From Candidatus Tenderia sp. (GTDB lineage: Bacteria > Pseudomonadota > Gammaproteobacteria > Tenderiales > Tenderiaceae): DNA of 37,063 bases. The DNA is taken from assembly GCA_043779675.1 (NCBI GenBank), contig JAYWDX010000275.1, positions 1 to 37,063 of the forward strand. Direction: 5' to 3'. A program made the position numbers and the translations under genes. The notes below the pieces were generated by a model. The model did not search any database. It was not told where the DNA came from and saw only the letters and a program-made list of their open reading frames with translations. Below are positions 24,144-33,394 of the stretch, piece after piece; the first letter of the stretch is position 1; the number at the start of each line of letters is the position of its first letter.

Positions 24144-24956
24144 CTAATTGAGTGGCTGCAACGCCGCTGGATGATAGAGCCGCATCTGCAACTCACCCCG
24201 CCTTTCGGACAACCAGCCGCGCACCCGGATCTTTTTGCCACGCAGCTGCCTGGCATCAAAGCCAGGCTCAAAATTAAATAAATCCTTTTTATCGATTCGC
24301 ACCGCCACTTTACCGCCGCCCTGATTGGTAAAGTTCAGCCACAGCGCCTTGCCACTCTCGCCAATGCGCTCCACCCGTCCCTGAATAATATAGAAACCCC
24401 GCGCCTCACGCGGCAGTTGCTCAGTCTCGTAGCCGCTGAAGCGCAACTGCTGCCAGATGCCACGACCGTGGGCGCGCGCCTCAGCATTAAAATAACAGTC
24501 GAGATTGGCAACATTTGGGGTGATCACAACGGCGGCGGCCAACCCCTGCTCCAGCAGCCGCTCCTGAACACTACTCTGATCAGAGAGATAGAGATGAGCC
24601 AGCAGACGACCATAACTGTCCAGCTGTTCACTCTCATAGCGCAACGCAATACGCGTCTGCCCCGCCAACAATTCCTGCAACGCCTGGCGTGCCGCCTCGC
24701 CCAATGGCTCCGCTGGATTGGCATCATGGCCAACCTCCGGGGCATTGATGCCGATGAGGCGTACCTTGCGACCATCGCTGAGCTTGATGGTATCGCCATC
24801 GTAGATGTAACTCACACTAGCCCACTCATCTGCCTGGAAAGGGAGGCACTGCGCCGCCACGGCTGCGGGCAACAGGCCGCTCAAAAACAGCAGCCCGCAG
24901 AAAGCAAAAAGGGTGCCCTTGCGAGGCACCCTTTTTAAACTGGCAAGCCCAGACAC
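24144..24956 (-). CDS. secreted thermonuclease (SNase)-family nuclease with C-terminal OB-like extension
   Basis: YIYDGDTIKL..GRKVRLIGINAPE...YGRLLAHLY is an SNase core. N-terminal KR-rich n-region, hydrophobic core and AVA-AQ give a signal peptide if the GTG at 24956 is used. The start is uncertain: there is no SD, and a terminator hairpin lies in codons 7-17. Confidence 0.75.
   Translation of the reverse strand: MSGLASLKRVPRKGTLFAFCGLLFLSGLLPAAVAAQCLPFQADEWASVSYIYDGDTIKLSDGRKVRLIGINAPEVGHDANPAEPLGEAARQALQELLAGQTRIALRYESEQLDSYGRLLAHLYLSDQSSVQERLLEQGLAAAVVITPNVANLDCYFNAEARAHGRGIWQQLRFSGYETEQLPREARGFYIIQGRVERIGESGKALWLNFTNQGGGKVAVRIDKKDLFNFEPGFDARQLRGKKIRVRGWLSERRGELQMRLYHPAALQPLN
24906..24936 (-). 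terminator. rho-independent terminator of rpmE
   Basis: AAAAAGGGTGCC-cttgcga-GGCACCCTTTTT has perfect 12-bp arms and a T-run on the minus strand, 29 nt after the rpmE stop. Confidence 0.8.
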
Positions 24957-24964
24957 GTAACTGG

Positions 24965-25171
24965 TTACTTTATACCGTACTTCTGGCGGAACTTATCTAC
25001 ACGGCCGGCGGTATCAACTATCTTCTGCTTACCGGTGTAGAAAGGGTGGCAGCCAGCACATACGTCCAGATGCAGCGTACTCTTGCCCAGTGTTGACCGG
25101 GTTGTGAAAACATTACCGCAACTGCAGGTCACTTCTACTTCTTGGTAGGCGGGATGGATGTCCGCTTTCAT
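24965..25171 (-). CDS. rpmE: 50S ribosomal protein L31 (Zn-binding type A)
   Basis: [22 protein letters not shown]...[15 protein letters not shown] with both Cys pairs present. Confidence 0.98.
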   Translation of the reverse strand: MKADIHPAYQEVEVTCSCGNVFTTRSTLGKSTLHLDVCAGCHPFYTGKQKIVDTAGRVDKFRQKYGIK

Positions 25172-25417
25172 GGCTTTGAACCTCTCAACTCAAATCAAAT
25201 TTCACACCTAGACTAAATTGCCGTGCGAAAGAGCCGGGCATTGTATCGAAAAGCCCCTTGATCAGCAAGCCCCGCCCCTTCACAACACACTTTATCTCCA
25301 GCACTCACGCCCTAAAGCATATTCCGCTTTGGCCGCTGACTATGGGCAGCACAACGGACAACCCGAAGCTCACCCTAAATCCACATAAAACAGATAGTTA
25401 CTAGCCAGGAGATTGCC

Positions 25418-27925
25418 ATGGAAGACAAACGGAAGTTACCCGCTTTTAAATACGACTATCTGGGGATGGACGCCAAATCACTGAAACACTCCCTGGCCAA
25501 CCGCCTGGAGTTCTCGGCGGGCAAGGATCTCTACACCGCGACACCCCGCGACTGGTACCACATCGCCTCTTGGGTGGTCCGCGACCGCTTGATCGAACGC
25601 TGGATGGAGACCATGCGCACTTACTACCAACAGGATGCCAAGCGAGTCTACTACCTCTCGCTGGAGTTCATGATCGGCCGTACTCTCACCAACAGCGCCC
25701 TGAACCTCGGTATTCAGGGTGAGTTTGCCAAGGCGCTGAATGAGATCGGCGTGGATCTGGAGGAGGTGCGGGAGATGGAGAGTGACGCTGCCCTTGGCAA
25801 TGGCGGCCTTGGCCGTCTGGCCGCCTGCTTCCTCGACTCCATGGCCTCACTCGGGCTGCCGGGCTATGGCTATGGCATCCGCTACGAATATGGCATGTTC
25901 AACCAGCGCATCGAGAATGGCTACCAGATCGAACACCCGGAAAACTGGCTACGCTACGGCAACCCGTGGGAGTTCCCGCGCGCCGAGGTGATCTACCCGG
26001 TCAAATTCAATGGCCACGTGCTCTCCTTTCCTGACGAAACGGGTGAGATGCACTACCGCTGGGTCGATAGCGATGATGTCATGGCCATGGCCTATGACAC
26101 CCCCATCCCCGGTTATGGCGCCACCACCGTCAACAATATGCGTCTCTGGTCGGCCAAGTCTTCACGCGATTTTGATCTGAAATATTTCAACGAGGGCAAC
26201 TACATCAAGGCGGTTGAGGACAAAAACGAATCGGAAAATCTCTCCAAGGTGCTCTATCCCGACGACACCACCGAGATGGGCCGCGAACTGCGTCTCAAAC
26301 AGCAGTACTTCTTTGTCAGCGCCTCACTCCAGGACATCCTCTTCCGTCACCAGAAACACCACGACACCTTCGATCAACTTGCGGATAAGGTCGCCATCCA
26401 ACTCAACGACACCCATCCGGTGCTGGCGATTCCGGAACTGATGCGCATCCTCATGGACACCCATAATCTCAATTGGAGCAAGGCCTGGGCGATCACTACC
26501 GATACCTTCGCCTATACCAATCACACGCTGCTGCCAGAGGCGCTGGAGAGTTGGCCAGTAGCGGTGATCGAAAAGATCCTGCCGCGCCACATGCAGATTA
26601 TCTACGAGATCAACCGGCGCTTCCTCGACGAGGTGATGCATCGTCACCCCGGCAATTTCGAATTACTAAAACGCATGTCCCTGATTGATGAGAGCAACGG
26701 CAAACGGGTTCGCATGGCCTATCTGGCCGTGGTTGGCAGCCACAAAGTCAACGGTGTCGCCGCCCTGCACACCCAGCTGATGAAAAGCTCTATCTTTGCC
26801 GACTTCGACCGCTTTTATCCTGACAAGATCATCAATATGACCAACGGCATCACACCGCGCCGCTGGCTCAACCAGGCCAACCCCGATCTGTCACGGCTGA
26901 TCTCAAGCAAGATCGGCGACGGCTGGATTACCGATCTTTTCGAACTCAAAAAACTGGTGCCCCTGGCGGAGAATGCCGAATTCCGCCAGAGCTTCCGAAC
27001 CATCAAACGCAACAACAAGGTAAGGCTGGCCGGGCTGATCAAAAAGACCCTCGGAATCGACGTCAATCCCGATTCAATGTTTGACATCCACGTCAAACGC
27101 ATGCACGAATACAAACGCCAGCTGCTCAACGTGTTACATGTCGTGACACTCTACAACCGCATTCGCAGCAGCCCCGGAGAGAACTTCACCCCGCGCACCG
27201 TCATCTTTGCCGGCAAGGCCGCGCCCGGCTACTACCTCGCCAAACTGATTATCAAACTAATCAACGATGTCGCTGATATCGTCAACAACGACCCCGCCAT
27301 CGGTGACAAGCTCAAGGTTGTCTTCCTGCCCAATTACAACGTCTCGCTGGCGGAACAGATCGTGCCTGCCTGTGACCTGTCGGAACAGATTTCAACCGCC
27401 GGGACCGAGGCCTCCGGCACCGGCAACATGAAATTTGCCCTCAACGGCGCACTGACCATCGGCACCCTTGATGGTGCCAACGTCGAAATACTCGAAGAGG
27501 TGGGTGAAGAGAATATCTTCATCTTTGGCATGACCACCGCCGAAGTGGAAGAGCGCAAACACAACGGCTACAACCCGTGGGAGTGCTTCCATGGCAACGC
27601 GGAGCTAAAGGCGGTGCTCGAGATGATCGGCTCAGGTTACTTCTCTCCCGCCGAACTCAACCGCTATCGTCCCATCATCGACACCCTGACTCACCATGGT
27701 GATCGCTACATGGTGTTAGCAGATTACCCCGCCTATGTCGCCCGCCAGGAGGATGTGGCAGCACTCTATCATGACCAGGATAGCTGGTCGCGCAAGGCAA
27801 TACTCAACACCGCCAACATGGGCAAATTTTCCAGTGATCGCACCATCAGTGAGTACGCCAAACAGATATGGAATACCGTGCCGGTCAAAACCCAGATCAA
27901 CAGCGCAAAAGAACAGGGTAGCTAA
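25418..27925 (+). CDS. glgP: glycogen/maltodextrin phosphorylase
   Basis: EASGTGNMKFALNGALTIGTLDGANVE PLP-lysine signature, 835 aa. AGGAG lies 7 nt before the ATG. Confidence 0.96.
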   Translation: MEDKRKLPAFKYDYLGMDAKSLKHSLANRLEFSAGKDLYTATPRDWYHIASWVVRDRLIERWMETMRTYYQQDAKRVYYLSLEFMIGRTLTNSALNLGIQGEFAKALNEIGVDLEEVREMESDAALGNGGLGRLAACFLDSMASLGLPGYGYGIRYEYGMFNQRIENGYQIEHPENWLRYGNPWEFPRAEVIYPVKFNGHVLSFPDETGEMHYRWVDSDDVMAMAYDTPIPGYGATTVNNMRLWSAKSSRDFDLKYFNEGNYIKAVEDKNESENLSKVLYPDDTTEMGRELRLKQQYFFVSASLQDILFRHQKHHDTFDQLADKVAIQLNDTHPVLAIPELMRILMDTHNLNWSKAWAITTDTFAYTNHTLLPEALESWPVAVIEKILPRHMQIIYEINRRFLDEVMHRHPGNFELLKRMSLIDESNGKRVRMAYLAVVGSHKVNGVAALHTQLMKSSIFADFDRFYPDKIINMTNGITPRRWLNQANPDLSRLISSKIGDGWITDLFELKKLVPLAENAEFRQSFRTIKRNNKVRLAGLIKKTLGIDVNPDSMFDIHVKRMHEYKRQLLNVLHVVTLYNRIRSSPGENFTPRTVIFAGKAAPGYYLAKLIIKLINDVADIVNNDPAIGDKLKVVFLPNYNVSLAEQIVPACDLSEQISTAGTEASGTGNMKFALNGALTIGTLDGANVEILEEVGEENIFIFGMTTAEVEERKHNGYNPWECFHGNAELKAVLEMIGSGYFSPAELNRYRPIIDTLTHHGDRYMVLADYPAYVARQEDVAALYHDQDSWSRKAILNTANMGKFSSDRTISEYAKQIWNTVPVKTQINSAKEQGS

Positions 27926-27930
27926 AAACA

Positions 27931-27958
27931 AAAGGGGAGAGCTTTTGCTCTCCCCTTT
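27931..27958. terminator. bidirectional terminator between convergent glgP and rho
   Basis: AAAGGGGAGAGC-TTTT-GCTCTCCCCTTT is a perfect 12-bp stem. A T-run follows on the minus strand (TGTTTTT) and a weaker one on the plus strand (GCTTTG). Confidence 0.8.
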
Positions 27959-27986
27959 GCTTTGACCTCGGTAAGTAACGCCAGTA

Positions 27987-29243
27987 TCAGCGTTTCATCG
28001 AATCAAAAAACTCATCGTTGGTCTTGGTATCCTTGAGTTTATCGAGCAGAAACTCCATCGCCGCCAACTCATCCATCGGATGAAGCAACTTGCGCAGGAT
28101 CCACATCTTCTGCAACTCATCCTGCTTGGTAAGCAGCTCTTCACGGCGGGTACCAGAGCGGTTGATATTGATGGCGGGATAGACACGTCTTTCGGCGATC
28201 TTGCGGTCAAGATGTAGCTCCATGTTGCCAGTACCCTTGAACTCTTCGTAGATTACGTCATCCATGCGTGAACCGGTTTCAACCAGTGCCGTAGCGATGA
28301 TCGTCAAACTGCCACCCTCTTCGATATTACGAGCAGCACCAAAGAAACGTTTTGGGCGGTGCAGGGCATTGGCATCAACACCCCCGGTCAAGACCTTGCC
28401 TGAAGATGGAATCACTGTGTTATAGGCACGCGCCAGACGAGTAATGGAGTCGAGCAGGATCACCACATCACGCTTGTGTTCAACCAGGCGCTTAGCCTTT
28501 TCGATCACCATTTCAGCCACCTGTACATGACGGCTGGCAGGCTCATCAAAAGTACTAGCGATCACCTCACCACGGACTGAGCGCAACATTTCTGTTACCT
28601 CTTCAGGACGCTCATCGATCAACAGCACAATCAGGTAACACTCGGGGTGATTGGCAGCGATAGACTGGGCGATGTTCTGCAGCATCATCGTCTTACCCGC
28701 CTTAGGTGGCGACACAATCATGGCCCGCTGGCCTTTACCGGTAGGCGCCACCAGCTCGATAACACGCGCCGTCAAATCCTCGGTGCTGCCGTTGCCCTGC
28801 TCCACCTTGAGACGCTGATTGGCAAAAAGCGGCGTCAGGTTTTCAAACAACACCTTGTTTTTGGAGTTCTCAGGCGGCTCGAAATTGATCAGGTCGACCT
28901 TGAGCAACGCAAAATAGCGTTCCCCCTCTTTCGGTGGCCGGATCTTGCCGGTAACACTATCGCCGGTACGCAGATTGAAACGACGGATCTGGCTGGGCGA
29001 GACGTAGATATCATCAGGCCCGGCAAGGTACGAGCAATCTGCGGAACGCAGGAAGCCAAAACCATCCTGCAGGATTTCTAACACACCATCCCCTGAAATC
29101 GGCTCACCCTTTTTGGCATGGCCCTTGAGAACAGCAAAGATAATGTCTTGTTTACGGCTACGAGCCATATTCTCCAAGCCCATTTCCATCGACAGCTCGA
29201 TAAGCTCGGCCGCGGTCATTTTTTTTAATTCGGTCAGATTCAT
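27987..29243 (-). CDS. rho: transcription termination factor Rho
   Basis: MNLTELKK...; RNA-binding domain and P-loop PPKAGKT; 418 aa. Confidence 0.98.
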   Translation of the reverse strand: MNLTELKKMTAAELIELSMEMGLENMARSRKQDIIFAVLKGHAKKGEPISGDGVLEILQDGFGFLRSADCSYLAGPDDIYVSPSQIRRFNLRTGDSVTGKIRPPKEGERYFALLKVDLINFEPPENSKNKVLFENLTPLFANQRLKVEQGNGSTEDLTARVIELVAPTGKGQRAMIVSPPKAGKTMMLQNIAQSIAANHPECYLIVLLIDERPEEVTEMLRSVRGEVIASTFDEPASRHVQVAEMVIEKAKRLVEHKRDVVILLDSITRLARAYNTVIPSSGKVLTGGVDANALHRPKRFFGAARNIEEGGSLTIIATALVETGSRMDDVIYEEFKGTGNMELHLDRKIAERRVYPAININRSGTRREELLTKQDELQKMWILRKLLHPMDELAAMEFLLDKLKDTKTNDEFFDSMKR

Positions 29244-29400
29244 AGGATTGTTATCGGCTACTAGATGAATAGGGAAAACGAAAAATTCTGGGGAAGTTCT
29301 GGATGAGCCGGAAAGGGCTGGCTCGGAAATCTCAGTGAGAGATCGCCTACATTTTGGATCGGGTTATAATCGTTATTTGCAAACCGTACCACTTTTAAAT
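29244..29400 (-). promoter_or_regulatory. rho 5' leader with C-rich/G-poor tract (candidate Rho-dependent autoregulatory attenuator)
   Basis: The minus-strand leader reads ...CCGAGCCAGCCCTTTCCGGCTCATCCAGAACTTCCCCAGAATTTTTCGTTTTCCCTATTCATC. It is C-rich and G-poor like rut sites. rho autoregulation through its leader is established in E. coli; the assignment here is by analogy. Confidence 0.35.
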
Positions 29401-29402
29401 TA

Positions 29403-29431
29403 CCGCGTCTAGCATTAATTACTAAACGCGG
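29403..29431 (-). terminator. candidate trxA terminator hairpin
   Basis: CCGCGT...ACGCGG stem plus 3 inner base pairs, 25 nt after the trxA stop, followed on the minus strand by TAATTTAAAA (poor U-tract). Confidence 0.3.
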
Positions 29432-29455
29432 CGATCCAACCTGCTGACTGAGACT

Positions 29456-29782
29456 TTAGATGTGGCTATCCAAAAAGGCGATCAGTTGTGATTTGGAAAC
29501 AGCGCCCACTTTGGTTCCTTCAACTTTACCACCCTTGAACAACAGCAAGGTTGGAATACCACGGATAGCATATTTTGGCGGCGTGGCTGGATTCTCGTCG
29601 ATATTTACTTTGGTGACACGCACCCTACCAGCATATTCAGCTGCAATCTCATCCAGAATCGGCGCAATCATTTTGCAGGGGCCACACCACTCGGCCCAAA
29701 AATCGACCAAAACAGGCCCCTCGGCATTCAACACCTCTTGATCAAAGCTGGCGTCTGTCACGTAGACTATATTATCACTCAC
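29456..29782 (-). CDS. trxA: thioredoxin
   Basis: [13 protein letters not shown] active site, 108 aa from GTG 29782 (GGAGG 7 nt upstream; [15 protein letters not shown]). The track ATG at 29935 would add 51 non-homologous residues. Confidence 0.95.
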   Translation of the reverse strand: MSDNIVYVTDASFDQEVLNAEGPVLVDFWAEWCGPCKMIAPILDEIAAEYAGRVRVTKVNIDENPATPPKYAIRGIPTLLLFKGGKVEGTKVGAVSKSQLIAFLDSHI

Positions 29783-29953
29783 TGTAATGCCTCCATTCAG
29801 GCCATTATTGGCAATGCCAACAGAATTATACAAAAACATCTTCGAATCAAGTGTCTTAATAGGTTTAATCGCTGTAAGATTCAAGTTCAATTTGAATAAT
29901 AATGCAAGCTCGGTAGTATGCGGGCCTCTTTCCAAACCAAGCTAATGAGCCTT

Positions 29954-31240
29954 ATGGAAGTCACACATCTCTCTGATATCCGCTTTTCCAGCCTTGAATT
30001 ACCCGCGCCCTTAATGCAGGGGATCATCGACAGTGGTTACGAGTTCTGCACCCCAATTCAGGCGAGTACGCTGCCACTTTTGCTCGATAATAAGGATGTC
30101 GCCGGTCAGGCTAAAACCGGCACTGGCAAGACCATCGCCTTTTTAGTTGCCGTGATGAATCGACTGCTTACCGAGCCTGCCGCTGTACAACGCCGTCCCA
30201 ATCAGCCTCGGGTGCTAATCATGGCACCGACCCGCGAGTTGGCGATTCAGATTCACAAAGACGCCACTTGCCTCAATACCCACACTGGGCTGGTGCTGGG
30301 ACTTGCTTATGGCGGTGCCAATTATGAGTCACAGCGCAATGCCTTGACCGAGGGTGTCGACATTTTGATTGGCACGCCGGGGCGTATCATCGACTTTTTC
30401 AAACAAAAGGTCTTTGACCTCAAAGCCATTCAAGCCATGGTCCTTGATGAGGCTGATCGCATGTTTGATCTTGGCTTTATTAGTGATGTCCGATTTTTAT
30501 TGCGGCGCATGCCGCACCCGGAACAGCGTCTCAACATGCTCTTCTCCGCCACTATGTCGCACCGCGTCACTGAGCTGGCCTATGAACACATGAACAACCC
30601 GCAGGTGATCAAGATTGAGAGCGACTCAATCACCGCTGACAATGTGGAACAGAGCGTCTACTACACCGCCAACGACGAGAAGATCCCGTTACTGCTGGGC
30701 CTGTTAAAAACACTGCAACCTGAACGCTCCATCGTATTTGTAAATACCAAACGCGCCGCTGAACAGGTATGGAGCTACCTTGAAAGCAATGGCCATAAAT
30801 CTGGGCTACTCTCTGGCGACATTCCTCAAAATAAACGCCAGCGCCTATTAGAAGAGTTTCAGCGCGGTGAGCTACCCATCCTGGTCGCCACCGATGTCGC
30901 CGCCCGTGGCCTACACATCCCGGCCATCAGCCACGTCTTCAATTTTGATCTACCGCAAAGTGCCGAGGACTATGTGCACCGCATCGGCCGCACTGCCCGT
31001 GCCGGTGCCAGCGGTTGCGCCATCAGCTTCGCCTGTGAGGATTACTCCTTCCACCTGCCAGAGATTGAAGAGTACATCCGTACAAAGCTCAACGCTCAGG
31101 CAGTCAGCGCTGAACTGTTGGTGATGCCTCTGCCGCCAGTGAGGGTAGAACGCCAAGGGCCAAATCCGCACCACAAAGGACCGCGCAAAGACGGGGCGCA
31201 AAACCGCTCCGGCAGTCACGCCCCACAACGCCGAAGATAG
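29954..31240 (+). CDS. rhlB: ATP-dependent RNA helicase RhlB (DEAD-box)
   Basis: Collinear with E. coli RhlB: [37 protein letters not shown], and an Arg-rich tail. Start at ATG 29954 (MEVTHLSD versus E. coli MSKTHLTE); ATG 29945 is an alternative. Confidence 0.93.
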   Translation: MEVTHLSDIRFSSLELPAPLMQGIIDSGYEFCTPIQASTLPLLLDNKDVAGQAKTGTGKTIAFLVAVMNRLLTEPAAVQRRPNQPRVLIMAPTRELAIQIHKDATCLNTHTGLVLGLAYGGANYESQRNALTEGVDILIGTPGRIIDFFKQKVFDLKAIQAMVLDEADRMFDLGFISDVRFLLRRMPHPEQRLNMLFSATMSHRVTELAYEHMNNPQVIKIESDSITADNVEQSVYYTANDEKIPLLLGLLKTLQPERSIVFVNTKRAAEQVWSYLESNGHKSGLLSGDIPQNKRQRLLEEFQRGELPILVATDVAARGLHIPAISHVFNFDLPQSAEDYVHRIGRTARAGASGCAISFACEDYSFHLPEIEEYIRTKLNAQAVSAELLVMPLPPVRVERQGPNPHHKGPRKDGAQNRSGSHAPQRRR

Positions 31241-31270
31241 CACCGAGCAAAAACCGAGCGGCAGATAACG

Positions 31271-31903
31271 ATGGCTAGCAACTTTGACCAAATGCCAACC
31301 CGTGAGGCCTTAGCCACCATTGCCCAAGACTTTCATAGCCGCGGTTGGATGGCGGGCACTGCCGGCAATCTCAGCGCCCGCTCCAACGAAGACAAAGGAT
31401 GTTTCTGGATTACCAGCAGCGGCCTGCCCAAGGGCAACCTTGATGTCGATGACCTAATCCTAGTACGCTCCAGCGATGGCGAAGTCCAACAGCGCCTACG
31501 CGAGAATGCTCGCCCCTCTGCCGAAACCAGCATTCACCAGGCTATCTACTCCCTATTCCCCAGCGCCCAGGCCTGTTTTCATGTGCACACTGTTGATGCC
31601 TGCCTGGCCACCGCTCAAGTCGATCACCACGCCGCTGAGATGCGGCTGCCACCGCTGGAGATGATTAAAGGGCTGGATATCTGGGAAGAGGAGCCACAGG
31701 TCAACCTGGCGCTGTTTGATAATGTGTTTGACGTGCCGCTGATCGCCCACGAAATCCGTGAACGTTTTACACACAATCCACCACGGCTTCCGGCGTTAAT
31801 GATCCGCAATCACGGCGTCACGGTTTGGGGCAACAGCCTACAGCAGGCCTACAACCGGGTCGAAATCATTGAATTCATCATGAGCTACATGGCGCGTTGT
31901 TAG
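31271..31903 (+). CDS. mtnB: methylthioribulose-1-phosphate dehydratase (class II aldolase family)
   Basis: GWMAGTAGNLSAR, RPSAETSIHQAIY and CFHVHT motifs; about 210 aa, typical of MtnB. Confidence 0.85.
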   Translation: MASNFDQMPTREALATIAQDFHSRGWMAGTAGNLSARSNEDKGCFWITSSGLPKGNLDVDDLILVRSSDGEVQQRLRENARPSAETSIHQAIYSLFPSAQACFHVHTVDACLATAQVDHHAAEMRLPPLEMIKGLDIWEEEPQVNLALFDNVFDVPLIAHEIRERFTHNPPRLPALMIRNHGVTVWGNSLQQAYNRVEIIEFIMSYMARC

Positions 31904-31955
31904 TAGGAGTGCGCGCTGCTACAAGCCTGTTACGACCTATTCGGCGTCGCGCAAC

Positions 31956-32195
31956 TCAGCCACAACCCTTATTGGAACAGGCTCCGCCTGGATTTGATGT
32001 CCCACCCAGTTTGGCAAGGATTTTGTCCATCAAACACCAGCCTGTGAGGCCGCTCTGAAACAGGTTAACCCCAACAAAGACCGTAAACCACAACCAGTTG
32101 CTGGAGTGATAAAGCGGGCTCGCCTCAAACCCCAGCGCCAGCGACAACAGCACAAAAGTTCCAGCCATGGTACGGGTAGTGCGTGTAATGTTCAT
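31956..32195 (-). CDS. DUF2892 (YgaP-like) small membrane protein with Cys-containing tail
   Basis: Two TM helices and the GLTGWCLMDKILAKLG motif typical of DUF2892. AAAGGGG SD 6 nt before the ATG. The C-terminal tail is GGACSNKGCG. Confidence 0.75.
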   Translation of the reverse strand: MNITRTTRTMAGTFVLLSLALGFEASPLYHSSNWLWFTVFVGVNLFQSGLTGWCLMDKILAKLGGTSNPGGACSNKGCG

Positions 32196-32301
32196 AACAA
32201 ACCCCTTTACTATGACTTAAAATATATATTAGCAACGTCTAATATTATAGGGTCGCCGACCAATATTGCCAATAGACAATTAGGAGTATTCAATAACCCT
32301 C

Positions 32302-33156
32302 ATGGAACATGAACTACTCATCCGTCTCGGGATTTTTTTTGGCATGTTTGCTGGCGTCGCCTTTTTTGAGACGCGTTACCCACGCCGCGCCCCCGACCAC
32401 AAGGCGGCACGCTGGCTCAACAACCTGGGCCTTATTTTTCTCAACGCCCTAGTTTTGAGGCTTATCTTCCCGACTGCTGCCGTTGGTATGGCCATCGTTG
32501 TCGAACAGGGGCAGTGGGGGCTCTTCAACTATTATGCGATCAGCCCCGGCTTGACACTGCTGCTCAGCGTCATAGCGCTCGACCTGATTATCTATCTACA
32601 ACACGTACTCTTCCATGCCGTACCGCTACTGTGGCGCCTGCACATGGTCCACCACGCCGATCTTGAATATGACCTGACCACCGGGCTGCGCTTTCACCCC
32701 ATCGAGATTCTGCTATCGATGGTGATCAAATTTGCCGCCATCGCCGCCCTTGGCGCACCAGTGACTGCCGTGATCATCTTTGAGGTTTTGCTCAACGCCT
32801 GCGCCATGTTCAACCACGGCAACCTGCGGCTGCCGGAAAAGTTGGACAGGACACTGCGCTGGATCATCGTCACCCCCGATATGCACCGGGTCCATCACTC
32901 CAGCATCAAACGTGAGACCAACAGCAACTACGGCTTTAGCCTCTCCTGCTGGGATCGCCTCTTTGGCACTTACCGCGCCCAGCCCAGTCTGGGACATGAG
33001 GCGATGGAGATCGGACTGACACAATTTCGTGAACGCTCGCGCCTCTCCCTGCCATGGCTGCTAATCCTGCCCTTCATCGGCAAGGTCGGCAGCTATCCCA
33101 TCAACCGCGACGAAGCCACTGACCAGACAAAACCACACAAATTACACGAAAAATAA
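32302..33156 (+). CDS. fatty acid hydroxylase / sterol desaturase family membrane protein
   Basis: His boxes HVLFH, HMVHH and HRVHH within a polytopic membrane protein. Confidence 0.85.
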   Translation: MEHELLIRLGIFFGMFAGVAFFETRYPRRAPDHKAARWLNNLGLIFLNALVLRLIFPTAAVGMAIVVEQGQWGLFNYYAISPGLTLLLSVIALDLIIYLQHVLFHAVPLLWRLHMVHHADLEYDLTTGLRFHPIEILLSMVIKFAAIAALGAPVTAVIIFEVLLNACAMFNHGNLRLPEKLDRTLRWIIVTPDMHRVHHSSIKRETNSNYGFSLSCWDRLFGTYRAQPSLGHEAMEIGLTQFRERSRLSLPWLLILPFIGKVGSYPINRDEATDQTKPHKLHEK

Positions 33157-33182
33157 TATGGCCAGCCTTAACATAATAATAC

Positions 33183-33212
33183 TTGACAGTGACAAATTGC
33201 CCGTGGCATAAA
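33183..33212 (+). promoter_or_regulatory. candidate sigma70 promoter (TTGACA-N18-CATAAA) overlapped by an imperfect palindrome
   Basis: TTGACA at 33183-33188 and CATAAA at 33207-33212. The palindrome CCGTGGCAT-N5-ATGGCACGG (33201-33223, 8 of 9 matched) spans the -10. Confidence 0.35.
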
Positions 33213-33340
33213 CCATGGCACGGAACTGTTGTGGAAGTGAAACGTAGTGACACAACAAGCAATATGTTCCTGTAGTACGACCACTTAAAGATGCTGTTTG
33301 AAACTAGGGGAGACTGAGAACAGCCATCTGATCACAATGG

Positions 33341-33365
33341 AACAGCAGCTATTGCTGTTTTTTTT
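33341..33365 (+). terminator. intrinsic terminator-like hairpin plus T8 immediately upstream of the cytochrome c RBS
   Basis: AACAGCA-gcta-TGCTGTT is followed by TTTTTT (a run of 8 T in total), ending 16 nt before the AGGGG RBS of the cytochrome c gene. Confidence 0.5.
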
Positions 33366-33394
33366 ATTAACTTATATATGAGGGGATTTTTATT

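Noticed and set aside
22333-24938. Plus-strand ORFs 22333-22770, 22810-23289 and 24417-24938
   Set aside because: They are shadows of gltA, malic enzyme and the nuclease respectively.
25342-25404. 20-codon mini-ORF (MGSTTDNPKLTLNPHKTDSY) in the glgP/rpmE divergent spacer
   Set aside because: It has no SD, no hydrophobic or regulatory-codon pattern, and no associated attenuator structure.
33215-33233. Sigma54-like TGGCAC motifs. One is here; another is TGGCACtatTGC at 9911-9922.
   Set aside because: The GG-to-GC spacing is wrong: there is no TTGC at the correct distance here, and the spacing is 3 nt too short at 9911. The second site would also fire antisense into the WGR gene.
33306-33345. 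TPP (THI-box) riboswitch-like string GGGGAGACTGAGAACAGCC...CTGATC, noticed because thiD-thiE lie downstream
   Set aside because: It shares only the CUGAGA and CUGAUC fragments. It lacks the ACCUGAUCUGGAUAAUGCCAGCG core and the P2/P4-P5 helices, and the element is far too short. A terminated cytochrome c gene also separates it from thiD. An Rfam cmscan would settle this.
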